A stretch of 64,000 nucleotides of DNA. Origin: Candidatus Dormiibacterota bacterium (GTDB lineage: Bacteria > Chloroflexota > Dormibacteria > Aeolococcales > Aeolococcaceae). The number at the start of each line of letters is the position of its first letter. Position 1 is the first letter of the stretch. Of the stretch, positions 36,216 through 45,249 are shown piece after piece. The stretch lies in contig CAWBLV010000006.1 in the NCBI GenBank assembly GCA_963789735.1, positions 640,938 through 704,937 on the forward strand, in the 5' to 3' direction. Under the pieces are notes generated by a model that did not search any database, had not been told where the DNA came from, and saw only the letters and a program-made list of their open reading frames with translations. A program made the translations under genes and the position numbers.

Positions 36216-36570
36216 TCGCGCTCTCTCGGTCGCTCCCAAATTCGCTGGGTGCCGCCCGTCCCCTGTCGCCTTACACCCTTTGTGCCGTCGCGCTCATCTC
36301 GGTCGCTTCCAAATTCGCTGGGTGCCGCCCCCTGGCGCCTTAGACGGGTTGTGATCTCGCGCTCACTTAGGCTGCTTCCAAATTCGCTGGGTGCGCCGCC
36401 CCTGGCGCCGTAGACGGGTTGTGATGTCGCGCTCACCTGGGCTGCTTCCAAATTCGCCAGGCGCCGCCTGTCTCCTGTCGCCTTACGCCCTTCGTGCTGT
36501 TGCGCTCAATCGATCGTTCCCTACCCGCTACTCGCTGGGCGCCGCCCGTCCCGTGTCGCGTGCTTATAGC
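36216..36570. repeat. five tandem repeat units of about 70 bp in the SOD-like/parB spacer
   Basis: Units start near 36216, 36288, 36357, 36427 and 36501. Each opens with TCGCGCTC and carries the core TTCCAAATTCGCTGGGTGCCGCCC. Units 2 and 3 are nearly identical over their full length. Unit 5 is degenerate and runs into the parB stop. Confidence 0.85.
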
Positions 36571-37472
36571 GTCGGGCCGCCCAGCTTCCGGTAGAGCGCG
36601 TCCAGGTCTGAGTCGTCGGCCCAATCGATCACGAGGCGGCCGCCGCCGCCCTTGCGACGCTGCAGGCGGACCGGAACGCCGAGGGCGTGCTCGAGGCCGC
36701 GTCGGAGTGCCTGGTCGTCGGGGGTTGGTTCCTCGGGTGCTGCGGCGGGAGACTGCTGGCGAGGCGGGGCTGTGGCCCGTGTGAGCCGCTCCTGGACCGC
36801 GCGCTCGGTGTCGCGGACATTCAGGCTGTCTTCGATCACGAGGGCCGCGACGGCCTCCTGATCGGCGGCAAGGGGGAGTACCAGCAACGCGCGCGCGTGG
36901 CTTGCCGTCAGGCGGGAGTCGGCGACCGCTTCCTGTACCGGGGCAGGGAGGTCGAGCAGGCGGATGGCATTCGAGATCCCCGATCGGCTCCGGCCGAGGC
37001 GAAGGGCAATCGCCTCATGGGTGAGGCCGAACGCGTCGGAGAGGCGCGCGTACGCCGCCGCCTCTTCCATCGGGTTGAGATCGGTCCGCAGCAGGTTCTC
37101 GGTGAGGGCCATCTCGAGCTGGTGCCGGCTCAACTCCGCGGCGGGTCTGACGATTGCCGGGATGCTCGAGACGCCTGCGAGCTGGGCCGCTCTGAGACGC
37201 CGCTCTCCCGCCACGAGGCTGTACGTGTCGCCATCGCGCTGAACCACGATCGGATGCAGCAGGCCGTGCAGGCGGATCGAATCTCCAAGCGCCGCAAGGG
37301 CTTCTGGCTCGAAGGCTCGTCGCGGCTGTTCCGGGTTCGGCGACACCGTGCGCGGGTCAAGGCTGATCAGCGGGGACTCTTCGCCGGCCTCGGCCTCGTT
37401 GGTGAGCAGCGCGTCGAGGCCACGGCCGAGGCCGCGCCGGCGGAACGCTCGAGGCGGCGTCTGCTCGCTCAC
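36564..37472 (-). CDS. parB: chromosome partitioning protein ParB/Spo0J
   Basis: GLGRGLDALL, the ParB box NPEQPRR.F, LHPIVV, GERRLRAA, and the HTH segment LTHEAIALRLGRSRSGISNAIRLL. Confidence 0.95.
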   Translation of the reverse strand: MSEQTPPRAFRRRGLGRGLDALLTNEAEAGEESPLISLDPRTVSPNPEQPRRAFEPEALAALGDSIRLHGLLHPIVVQRDGDTYSLVAGERRLRAAQLAGVSSIPAIVRPAAELSRHQLEMALTENLLRTDLNPMEEAAAYARLSDAFGLTHEAIALRLGRSRSGISNAIRLLDLPAPVQEAVADSRLTASHARALLVLPLAADQEAVAALVIEDSLNVRDTERAVQERLTRATAPPRQQSPAAAPEEPTPDDQALRRGLEHALGVPVRLQRRKGGGGRLVIDWADDSDLDALYRKLGGPTL

Positions 37473-38278
37473 GCCGTGCTCGGGACGCCGGCGGCCGCGA
37501 GCGAGGTCCCACTACGAATTCGGGCGTCGAGGTTGGCGCTCAACTCCCTGTAGGCGATCGCGCCGCGGCAGGTCGGGTCGTACAGGGTGATCGGCAGGCC
37601 GTGGCTCGGTGCCTCGCTGAGGCGCACGTTGCGGGGAATGAGTGGGGTCAGGAGCTGGTCGCCGAATCGGGCGCGGACCTCGTCCACGACCTGGTGCGCG
37701 AGCGCGAGCCGGGCATCGAACAGGGTCATGACGATGCCGGCGATGCCGAGGGTCGGATTCAGCTCGCGCCGGAGCAGCGTCAGGGTGTGCATCAGCAGCC
37801 CGAGCCCTTCAAGGGCATAGAACTCGCACTGGATCGGGATAAGCAGGGCGTTTGCAGCCACAACTGCGTTGATCGCGAGCAGCCCGAGACTTGGCGGCGA
37901 ATCGATGAGCACGTAGTCGTCGTCCGAATTGAGCGCTTCCAGTGCGTACTGGAGGCGGCGTTCGCGCCGCGCGAGATCGACCAGCTCGATCTCGGACCCT
38001 GCCAGCGCGATATCCGAGGGCACGACGTCAAGTCCCGGCACCGCTGTTTGCAGCCTCGCCTCGGCCAGCGAGCGGCCCATGACGATGACGTCGTAGATGC
38101 TCGTCTCGACGCGGCTCCGATCCACGCCAAGTCCGGACGTGGCGTTGGCCTGGGGGTCGATGTCGATCAGGAGCACCTTCCGGCCCATCTCGGCGAGCGC
38201 TGCGCCCACGCTGACAGCGGTGGTGGTCTTTCCGACGCCGCCCTTCTGATTGGCGACCGCGAGAATGCTAGGTGGCAC
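37469..38278 (-). CDS. parA: chromosome partitioning ATPase ParA/Soj
   Basis: Deviant Walker A NQKGGVGKTTT, plus VLLIDIDPQANAT. GTG at 38278 chosen; the longer ORF extends to 38449. Confidence 0.9.
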   Translation of the reverse strand: MPPSILAVANQKGGVGKTTTAVSVGAALAEMGRKVLLIDIDPQANATSGLGVDRSRVETSIYDVIVMGRSLAEARLQTAVPGLDVVPSDIALAGSEIELVDLARRERRLQYALEALNSDDDYVLIDSPPSLGLLAINAVVAANALLIPIQCEFYALEGLGLLMHTLTLLRRELNPTLGIAGIVMTLFDARLALAHQVVDEVRARFGDQLLTPLIPRNVRLSEAPSHGLPITLYDPTCRGAIAYRELSANLDARIRSGTSLAAAGVPSTA

Positions 38279-38489
38279 GGTTAGCGGCTGATTATGGGCG
38301 GATCGCCGCGCCCCCCATCCGGACAGCGAGTTATCCCGTGTTTCCCCAGGCAAGCCTCGAGCGATCCAGGCGCAGCCGAGTTGGAACGGGCGCACTGCCG
38401 CCGCAACCTGTGGAAAACTCTCGGTGCTCCACGCAAGGCTTCCAGGCAATGTTACGCACGCAACTTGACGGTGAAACAGCGGCGGCTCT

Positions 38490-38909
38490 ATGGTTGGCCG
38501 TGTGGCGTCGCAAGCACCGCCTGGCGCGACCCCTGCCGGCGGCGGGCAGCACGTCCAGGAGGACGATCTGGCGGTCGGATTCCTCCTCGGGCTCCTCGTC
38601 GGAGAAGGTCACTTCGGCGGCGACGGCCGCCAACCGCAGGTGACGCTGCGAATGCACATCCGCCACGAGCAGACCTTCGAATGGCTGCGCACCACGTATC
38701 CAGGGAGCGCCCTGTACGGCCCATACCACCACGGCGGTCGTTCCTACTATCAGTGGTCGGCTCGCGGGCGCTACCTTCGCGAGGTGATCGTGCCGCTCGT
38801 CCAGCGCCATAGGGATCTGCTCGATGCCTATACGGCGGATCGGTTCGACACGATGTGCGAGCGCTACACGATCGCTCGGGATCCGGCCACTGCGGCACCG
38901 GAGCACTGA
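38490..38909 (+). CDS. free-standing single-motif LAGLIDADG-like homing endonuclease family protein
   Basis: LAVGFLLGLLVGEGHFGGDG matches the LAGLIDADG/GEGxF motif. About 139 aa, the size of homodimeric single-motif enzymes. Confidence 0.6.
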   Translation: MVGRVASQAPPGATPAGGGQHVQEDDLAVGFLLGLLVGEGHFGGDGRQPQVTLRMHIRHEQTFEWLRTTYPGSALYGPYHHGGRSYYQWSARGRYLREVIVPLVQRHRDLLDAYTADRFDTMCERYTIARDPATAAPEH

Positions 38910-38934
38910 GCGCGCCCCGCTACAATCCGGGGGC

Positions 38935-39580
38935 ATGCTCGCTCCCTCCGCGCAGACCTGGCGCCTTCTGTCCGCCGCGCCTCCTCGCGAGGTGTTCGCG
39001 ATCATGGAGCAGATGATCGGGACGCCCCCGTACCGCTACGAGGTCGTCGGCGAGAGTGAAGCCCGAATCGTGGAACACCGCCGTCGTGGCCTCTTCGGGA
39101 ATTGGGGTCGGCCCAGGGTACGAATTCGCTGGGTGCGCTGCCGCGCCGTGACCGTGACCGAGGGCACCTGGGTCGAGGTCGAGGCGAGCTCGGGCGGCGG
39201 CATGATCTCGAAGGCGATGGGCAAGGCAGATCGGGGCCCGACGACGCGGGCCCTCCAGGTGATCCGTTTGCTCACCGCCGGTGCGTCCGAACTCGCGAAC
39301 CGTCTACCGGGACAGGCGCATTCCGCCCGGCCCCGTGACGCTGGTTGCGTCATGGGCTGGAACGCCATACCGGCTCTTCACGGAGCCGCGTCGCGAGGCT
39401 ACTCGCGGGCGCGAAATCCTCACTGCCACGGAGGTCGTGGCGCTCGCGGAGCGCAGCGGCCAATTCGTGAAGGTCCGCGTTGCCGGCACCGACGAGGGCT
39501 GGGTCGAAACTGACCAGATTGTCCCGTCGCCGGCCGTCTCGACCCGTGCGGCACAGGTCGAGACGGCGCGTTTCACCTGA
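38935..39580 (+). pseudogene. hypothetical protein with C-terminal SH3-like domain; frame change near 39275-39310
   Basis: The N-terminal part is in the frame of ORF 38824..39513. The coherent C-terminus (VTLVASWAGTPYRLFTEP...EVVALAERSGQFVKVRVAGTDEGWVETDQIV) is in the frame of ORF 39281..39580. Confidence 0.45.
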
Positions 39581-39874
39581 CAAAGCCGGTGAGTGGCTCA
39601 GGCCGCGGCGAGGCCGCGGTTAGCGCAAATGCGTGGAGAGACCGCCGAGTGCGACGGTTTGCGCCTCTCTCCGAGTGGTGACCTGGCTACTGGCGGTCAG
39701 CTCTCCACTACTGCGCTGGTCGGGAAGGAGGTCGTACTCGAAGAATCTGTCATGGGCTAGGTTCCTCCTTTTGCCTGAGTGCCGCGGCACCGCGTCCGCA
39801 TGCGTCGTGTTCGAGGCGGGGCGGGTCCGGGCCGAGAGACGCTCCAAAAGTGTATCCCGGATTGGGGATCCCGC

Positions 39875-40549
39875 GTGACCAACTCCGAGGTGCCGCGGAG
39901 CAACGAAATCGATTTTCGACTTGGCGCACCGGTGCATACCGCCGACGGCCATCACGCCGGCTCGCTCGTTCGCATCGTGGTGGACGGCGAAAGCTGGGAT
40001 CCGCGTGCGCTGATCGTGCGGGAGACCAACCATTTCTCGGGGCGGACGCTGGCTCCTGGCGCGGGGATGCTCGTGAGCGAGGTGATCGTGCCGTTCAATG
40101 CGATCGCATCGGCGACCGAGGATGGCATCCGCCTCACCCTGGACAAACGGGCGACCCGTGCGCTGCCGCCGTACCTCAGCTACCAGTACCGGCCGCTCGA
40201 ACGAGGTGACGGTCTCCGCTATGCCGCAGCGCTCGCCGGCGGCTCGCTGGGGGTCGGACCGATGTTCCCGCTCCTCCAGGAAACCGCGGATAAGGCCGAA
40301 GGCGACATCGAGATCCGCAAGGGCGAGAACGTGATGATCGGCCACGCAGGCGAGAAGCTCGGCACGGTCCAGGACGTGCTCCTCGACGAAGGCGAGCTGG
40401 TCGGCATCGTTGTTCGGCGGACCGGGCTCTTTGGCCACGACGTGGTGGTCCAGGTCCGTTTTCTCGATCGGAGCGACGACATGGCGCTCTTCCTCCGGAT
40501 GACCCCCGAAGACGTCAAGCGGCTCACCGAGGTTCCACCCCAGACATAG
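39875..40549 (+). CDS. tandem PRC-barrel domain protein
   Basis: There are two PRC-like segments: GAPVHTADGHHAGSLVRIVVD and GHAGEKLGTVQDVLLDEGELVGIVVR. GTG start at 39875. Confidence 0.6.
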   Translation: MTNSEVPRSNEIDFRLGAPVHTADGHHAGSLVRIVVDGESWDPRALIVRETNHFSGRTLAPGAGMLVSEVIVPFNAIASATEDGIRLTLDKRATRALPPYLSYQYRPLERGDGLRYAAALAGGSLGVGPMFPLLQETADKAEGDIEIRKGENVMIGHAGEKLGTVQDVLLDEGELVGIVVRRTGLFGHDVVVQVRFLDRSDDMALFLRMTPEDVKRLTEVPPQT

Positions 40550-40556
40550 GGCGGAG

Positions 40557-40925
40557 CTAGAGCGGCATGCGCCCCATGTATCCGGTGTCACGCGGGTGCC
40601 AGAAGCCGATACGCTCCTCGCCGAGCCGCCAGCACAGGTAGATCGGGGCGCCGTCCCGAACGGATGCGAAGTCAACAAGGCCCGTGTCGGGATCGCGAAG
40701 GATCACGCCGAGCCCCTCGATCTCAGCGGAGAGTCGCTGCGCGTCGTGGAATGGTCCCGAAGCCTTCATCGCCGCCGACGCGGAGCCGTTCGATGAGAGT
40801 GGAGGTTGTTCCTGCTCCCCTCCCACCGCCAGCGCGGCACGGTGGGCGCTCCGCAGAGCGATGAGCAACTCCGTCAGCCGTGGGAGCAGCGAAGTGGCCT
40901 CGGCGTGCGTGAAGACGCGTTCCAT
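40557..40925 (-). CDS. DUF2203 family protein
   Basis: FTHAEATSLLPRLTELL....GVILRDPDTGLVDF......PIYLCWRLGEERIGFWH fits my recollection of DUF2203. Confidence 0.55.
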   Translation of the reverse strand: MERVFTHAEATSLLPRLTELLIALRSAHRAALAVGGEQEQPPLSSNGSASAAMKASGPFHDAQRLSAEIEGLGVILRDPDTGLVDFASVRDGAPIYLCWRLGEERIGFWHPRDTGYMGRMPL

Positions 40926-40963
40926 GGCAGGAACCATGGCAGACCGCCCGCCGGCCGTCCAGG

Positions 40964-41323
40964 TCAGTAGATGCCGAGTTCCAGCTGAGCCTCGTCGGAG
41001 GCCATCGTGCGCGGATCCCAGGGCGGCGTCCACACCAGGTTGATGTGCACGTCGCGCACGCCTGGCAGCGGCGCACAGACCGCATGCGCCTGGGTCTCGA
41101 TGATCGGGCCCATGGGGCAGTACGGGGTCGTGAGGGTCATGTCGATGGTGAGCAGCCCGTCATCGTCAATGGCGGTCCCGTAGATCAACCCGAGCGACAC
41201 GATGTCGATCCCGATCTCGGGGTCGTACACCTCGCTGAGCGCTGCGCGAATCAGCGCATCCGAGGCTTTCGCCTCCTTCGGCGCGGCGGGTTCAGTGGTC
41301 GAAACCGGTTCCGTGGTGCTCAT
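40964..41323 (-). CDS. sufT: DUF59 / SufT-like Fe-S assembly protein
   Basis: LSEVYDPEIGIDIVSLGLIY......IDMTLTTPYCPMGP is the DUF59 signature. It overlaps the sufU stop. Confidence 0.75.
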   Translation of the reverse strand: MSTTEPVSTTEPAAPKEAKASDALIRAALSEVYDPEIGIDIVSLGLIYGTAIDDDGLLTIDMTLTTPYCPMGPIIETQAHAVCAPLPGVRDVHINLVWTPPWDPRTMASDEAQLELGIY

Positions 41324-41802
41324 AGCCCGTTCCTCAAAGCTGGAGCCGCCGTTGCGGTGGTTGCCGTCAGCCCCTCGAGGAGCGCGTTCCACACGAGCGT
41401 TGCGCACTTGACGCGCACCGGGTACGCGCGCACGCCGCGAAGCGCCTCGAGATCGCCGATGTCGTCACTCTCCGATGCCGCGGAGCCCTCGCCGGTGAGC
41501 ATCGCGCGAAAGCGCTCTGCGAGGGCCGCCGCGCCTTCGACACTCATGCCCGTGACCGCCTCGCAGAGCATGCTCGCGGACGCCTGGCTGATCGAGCAGC
41601 CGCGGCCCATGAAACCAATTGCGGCGACGGTCCCATGGTCGAGGCGATAGCTGAGGTCGATCTCGTCGCCACACAACGGGTTATTCGCCTCGATCACGCG
41701 ATCTGCAGGATCGACCGCCTGATGGTGGCGAGGATTGCGATAGTGGTCGAGGATGATCTCGCGATACAGATCGTCGTCGACGGGCGTGGAACCGACTGCC
41801 AT
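41320..41802 (-). CDS. sufU: SufU/IscU-like sulfur-acceptor scaffold
   Basis: Motifs LYREIILDHYRNPRH, NPLCGDEI, GRGCSISQASASM and VKCATLVW. Confidence 0.85.
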   Translation of the reverse strand: MAVGSTPVDDDLYREIILDHYRNPRHHQAVDPADRVIEANNPLCGDEIDLSYRLDHGTVAAIGFMGRGCSISQASASMLCEAVTGMSVEGAAALAERFRAMLTGEGSAASESDDIGDLEALRGVRAYPVRVKCATLVWNALLEGLTATTATAAPALRNGL

Positions 41803-41851
41803 ATCACCATCGTAGTCCAACGGTTCGCGCCCAAAACCTGAGAATGGAGAC

Positions 41852-43087
41852 ATGGCTCGCACTGACGTCCTTGCGCGCACCGGAAAACCAAGAGCCGACC
41901 CGGCATTCTGGCTGCTCATCGGCCAGTTGATCATGTTCACCGGTGTTGCGGCGATCTTTCCGGTCGCCCCCCTCTACGTTGCGCACCGTGGCGGCAACTC
42001 CGTTGCTGTCGCTATCTTCATCGCAGGTCCGCTCGTTGCGACCACGCTCGTCCAGGTCCCGGCTGGACGGCTCTGCGATCGCTGGGGGCGCAAGCCTTTC
42101 CTCATCCTCCCGCGGCTGGTCTACGCGATTCTCGCGTTGTTCCTGTTTCTGAACATCGGAACGCTCCCGGTGCTCACCGCATTCCGCATCGGCATGGGCG
42201 CGTGTGCCGGCGCGTACGTGCCTGCGCTTCGCTCGGCGCTCACCGACCTCAGCGTGCCCGAGAAACGTGCGCAGCGCTTTTCGCAGCTCCAGGCATACGA
42301 GATGGTGGGACTGCTTGTCGGTCCCCTCATCGGCGGCGCGGCTGCGCTCTGGCGCGATTCCGCGGTGTTCGGGATTACCGGGCTCTCGATGTTCATCGGG
42401 ATCGGCCCGATGCTTCGCGTGCCCGAAACCCGGGCGGAGCCAGGGACTTCCGTGGTCAAGAAGGAGCGCTTCCGCTGGTGGCGCATCCGCGGCATCGTGG
42501 TGCCGATCGCGGCGCTCTTCGCTGTCGGCACGATCTGGTCGATGTACGACGTCGTGTGGCCGCAGTACCTCGCGGCGCGTGGTCAGGACCCCTTCATCAT
42601 CGGGCTGTCAGTGAGCCTGTTCGCGCTGCCGATCCTCCTGTTAGCGCGAGCCGGCGGACGGTTGGCGGATCGCGCGGACCGGCGAAAGCTGGTCTCGGCA
42701 GGGCTGGTGGTTGTGGCCGCATGCGCCGCGACCTATCCGTTCCTCCACATCCTCGCCGTGATCCTGACTGTCGGAGCGATCGAGGCCGTCGCCACGGTGA
42801 TCCTCGAGCCCAGTCTGTTTGCCGTTATCGGGGACAGCACGCCGGAGACGAATCGGGGGCGCGCCATGGGTATCGGCGGCCTGTACCAGTTCAGCGGCAT
42901 GGCATTTGGCGCGGCTGTGCTCGGCTCGCTCTACGGCCTCAATGCCGGATTGCCGTTCTGGTGCGGCAGCGGGATCCTGCTGTGCGGCGCGCTGATCTGC
43001 GCGACGTGGCTGCCCCGACGCCCGCCGACATCGGCGCATGTGCCCCAGCCCGCCGCGTTCCAGATCCTCGAGCGTGAGCAGGCGTAG
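41852..43087 (+). CDS. MFS transporter
   Basis: About 12 hydrophobic segments, with the GRLCDRWGRKP loop motif between TM2 and TM3. Confidence 0.8.
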   Translation: MARTDVLARTGKPRADPAFWLLIGQLIMFTGVAAIFPVAPLYVAHRGGNSVAVAIFIAGPLVATTLVQVPAGRLCDRWGRKPFLILPRLVYAILALFLFLNIGTLPVLTAFRIGMGACAGAYVPALRSALTDLSVPEKRAQRFSQLQAYEMVGLLVGPLIGGAAALWRDSAVFGITGLSMFIGIGPMLRVPETRAEPGTSVVKKERFRWWRIRGIVVPIAALFAVGTIWSMYDVVWPQYLAARGQDPFIIGLSVSLFALPILLLARAGGRLADRADRRKLVSAGLVVVAACAATYPFLHILAVILTVGAIEAVATVILEPSLFAVIGDSTPETNRGRAMGIGGLYQFSGMAFGAAVLGSLYGLNAGLPFWCGSGILLCGALICATWLPRRPPTSAHVPQPAAFQILEREQA

Positions 43088-43094
43088 CGGCGCC

Positions 43095-43631
43095 GTGAGT
43101 GCGCGGTCCGCGAAGTCACTTCCGGCGGGCCGGCGTCTGCTGCTGGGACACGGTGCGTCGGGAAGTGCTGAGTCGATGCGGCCATGGGTGACGGAACTCG
43201 CGAAGCACGGGATTCAAGGAACCGCGCTGAACCTGCCGAAATCCAACAACGAACGCGCAATCGGCGTGTTCCACGCCGCGCTGGACGAGCAGCCGGGCGC
43301 CGCCATCGGCGGCCACTCATTTGGGGGACGCATGGCGAGCATGCTCGCCGCGGAACAACCCGTGAGCGCGCTCGTGCTGCTCAGCTATCCGTTGCACCGG
43401 CCGGGACATCCCGATGAGCTGCGCACCGCGCACTGGCCGCGGATCAAGTGTCCCGTCCTGCTGCTCTCCGGCGACCGCGACCCCTTCGCGACCATCGACT
43501 TACTCCGTCGCGAGGTGAGCAAGCTGCGCGACGCGGAGCTCGTGATCTACCCGGGTCAGCGCCACGGGTTGCTCTCCGTTCGTGTCGAGGCCGCCGCGCG
43601 CATCGCGGCGTTCCTCGTCAGTCGCACCTAG
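43095..43631 (+). CDS. alpha/beta-fold hydrolase (dienelactone-hydrolase-like, KANL3/Tex30 type)
   Basis: LLLGHGASGS, the nucleophile elbow GGHSFGGRMAS, and LLLSGDRDPF. Confidence 0.65.
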   Translation: MSARSAKSLPAGRRLLLGHGASGSAESMRPWVTELAKHGIQGTALNLPKSNNERAIGVFHAALDEQPGAAIGGHSFGGRMASMLAAEQPVSALVLLSYPLHRPGHPDELRTAHWPRIKCPVLLLSGDRDPFATIDLLRREVSKLRDAELVIYPGQRHGLLSVRVEAAARIAAFLVSRT

Positions 43632-43660
43632 CGCCAACACGCAACGCGCTGGGGCTGCGG

Positions 43661-44911
43661 CTACACCCGAAAGACCCGGCGAACCTCACCGAGGCCTTCG
43701 CCGAGCGCGTCGATTTCCTCGTGCGTCGTGTAGAGATACACGGACGCGCGCGCCATCGACGGCACGTCGTAGCGAGCCATCAGCGGCTGGGCGCAATGGT
43801 GTCCCGCGCGGACCGCGATGCCCCGCCGGTCGAGGATCGTGCCCACGTCGTGCGCATGCACGTCCGCGAGGTTGAAGCTGACGACCCCACCACGGGCTTC
43901 GAGATCATGCGGGCCGAATATCGTGATATCGCCAACTTCGTCTAGAACATCGAGGAGGTGGCGGGTGAGCGCCAGCTCGTGCGCATGGATCCGGTCGAGA
44001 CCGATGCCGTCCAGGTAGTCGCACGCGGCGGCGAGACCGACTGCGCCGGCGACGTCCGGCGTGCCTGCCTCGAATTTGTGCGGCACGGTATTCCAGGTGC
44101 TCCGCTCGAGCGTGACGCGGCTGATCATGCTCCCGCCGCCCATGTACGGCGGCATCCGCTCGAGCAGCTCGGGACGTGCCCAGAGCACGCCGATCCCCAT
44201 GGGCCCGCACATCTTGTGGCCGCTGAAGGCGATGAAGTCGCAATCGAGCTCACGCGCCGACACGCGCATGTGCGGCACGGACTGGGCCGCGTCGAGACAC
44301 ACGAGCGCTCCCGCCGCGTGCGCTCGTTCGGTGATGGCCCGAATGTCGTTCACCGTACCGAGCACGTTGGATTGATGCCCGATCGCCACAAGGCGTGTCG
44401 GCGCTGCGAGCAATTCGTCGAGCGTGCTCAGGTCGAGACGCCCGTCTGCGTCGATGTCAATGGCGGTGAGCGTCAGCCCACGACGCTCCGCGGCGAGCTG
44501 CCACGGGACGATGTTGCTGTGATGCTCCATCACGGTCACGACGATCCGGTCGCCCGGTTCGAGCAGCTGCGTCGCGTATGAGGACGCGACGAGGTTGATC
44601 GCCTCGGTGGTGTTGCGCACAAAGACGAGACCTTCGGCCGGGGCGTCGACGAACGCCGCGACACGAGCACGCGCATTCTCGAAAGCGTCAGTGGCCTCAT
44701 TGCCGAGGGTGTGGACTCCGCGATGCACGTTCGCGTTGCTGTTTTCGTAATACCGGTCGATGGTGTCCACCACCACTTTCGGCTTCTGCGACGTGGCAGC
44801 CGAGTCGAGGTACACGAGCGGGTGTGTTCCGACCTTGCGTTCGAGGATTGGAAAGTCGGCGCGGATGCGCGCGACGTCGAGCGCCGTGTCGGTGGCGATC
44901 CGCGTGCTCAC
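43661..44911 (-). CDS. sufS: cysteine desulfurase SufS
   Basis: Motifs FPILERKV....LVYLDSAATSQKP, SGHKMCGPMGIGVLW and RAGHHCAQP. The GTG start overlaps the Rieske gene stop. Confidence 0.9.
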   Translation of the reverse strand: MSTRIATDTALDVARIRADFPILERKVGTHPLVYLDSAATSQKPKVVVDTIDRYYENSNANVHRGVHTLGNEATDAFENARARVAAFVDAPAEGLVFVRNTTEAINLVASSYATQLLEPGDRIVVTVMEHHSNIVPWQLAAERRGLTLTAIDIDADGRLDLSTLDELLAAPTRLVAIGHQSNVLGTVNDIRAITERAHAAGALVCLDAAQSVPHMRVSARELDCDFIAFSGHKMCGPMGIGVLWARPELLERMPPYMGGGSMISRVTLERSTWNTVPHKFEAGTPDVAGAVGLAAACDYLDGIGLDRIHAHELALTRHLLDVLDEVGDITIFGPHDLEARGGVVSFNLADVHAHDVGTILDRRGIAVRAGHHCAQPLMARYDVPSMARASVYLYTTHEEIDALGEGLGEVRRVFRV

Positions 44912-45249
44912 TGTGCCGCGACTTCGTCGCTGAGCGCTATCCGGAGCAAGCCGTCGGCGGTCGCCTCGATGCGATGCACGCGAACCGGTTCGACTGCGGG
45001 AAGCGACAAGGGCTCTCCGGTGCGAAGGTCGAAGCTCGACCCGTGGAGCGGACATTCGATGACGCATCGATCGATGTCGAGGTCGCCTTCGCTGAGCGAC
45101 GCTTCGGCGTGGCTGCAGGTGTCATCCAGCGCGTAGAAGGTGCCCTCGACGTTGAAGATTGCGACCGGGGTCTCGTCGATTTCCACTCGCGCGGCGCATC
45201 CCGGAGGGATATCGCCGGTGCGGGCCACGTCGACCCAGCCGTCACTCAC
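44908..45249 (-). CDS. Rieske [2Fe-2S] ferredoxin-like protein
   Basis: The CSH...CPLH pattern (DDTCSHAEASL...IECPLHGSSFDLRTG) in a 113-aa protein. Confidence 0.85.
   Translation of the reverse strand: MSDGWVDVARTGDIPPGCAARVEIDETPVAIFNVEGTFYALDDTCSHAEASLSEGDLDIDRCVIECPLHGSSFDLRTGEPLSLPAVEPVRVHRIEATADGLLRIALSDEVAAQ

Noticed and set aside
36216-36570. Possible CRISPR array, because of the regular ~70-bp periodicity
   Set aside because: The segments between the conserved cores are themselves conserved between units (units 2 and 3 are near-identical throughout). There are therefore no unique spacers. No cas genes are present in the window.
39620-40678. 352-aa minus-strand ORF
   Set aside because: Its His/Arg/Asp-rich composition is typical of an antisense shadow in high-GC DNA. 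The opposite strand encodes a protein with two recognisable PRC-barrel segments.
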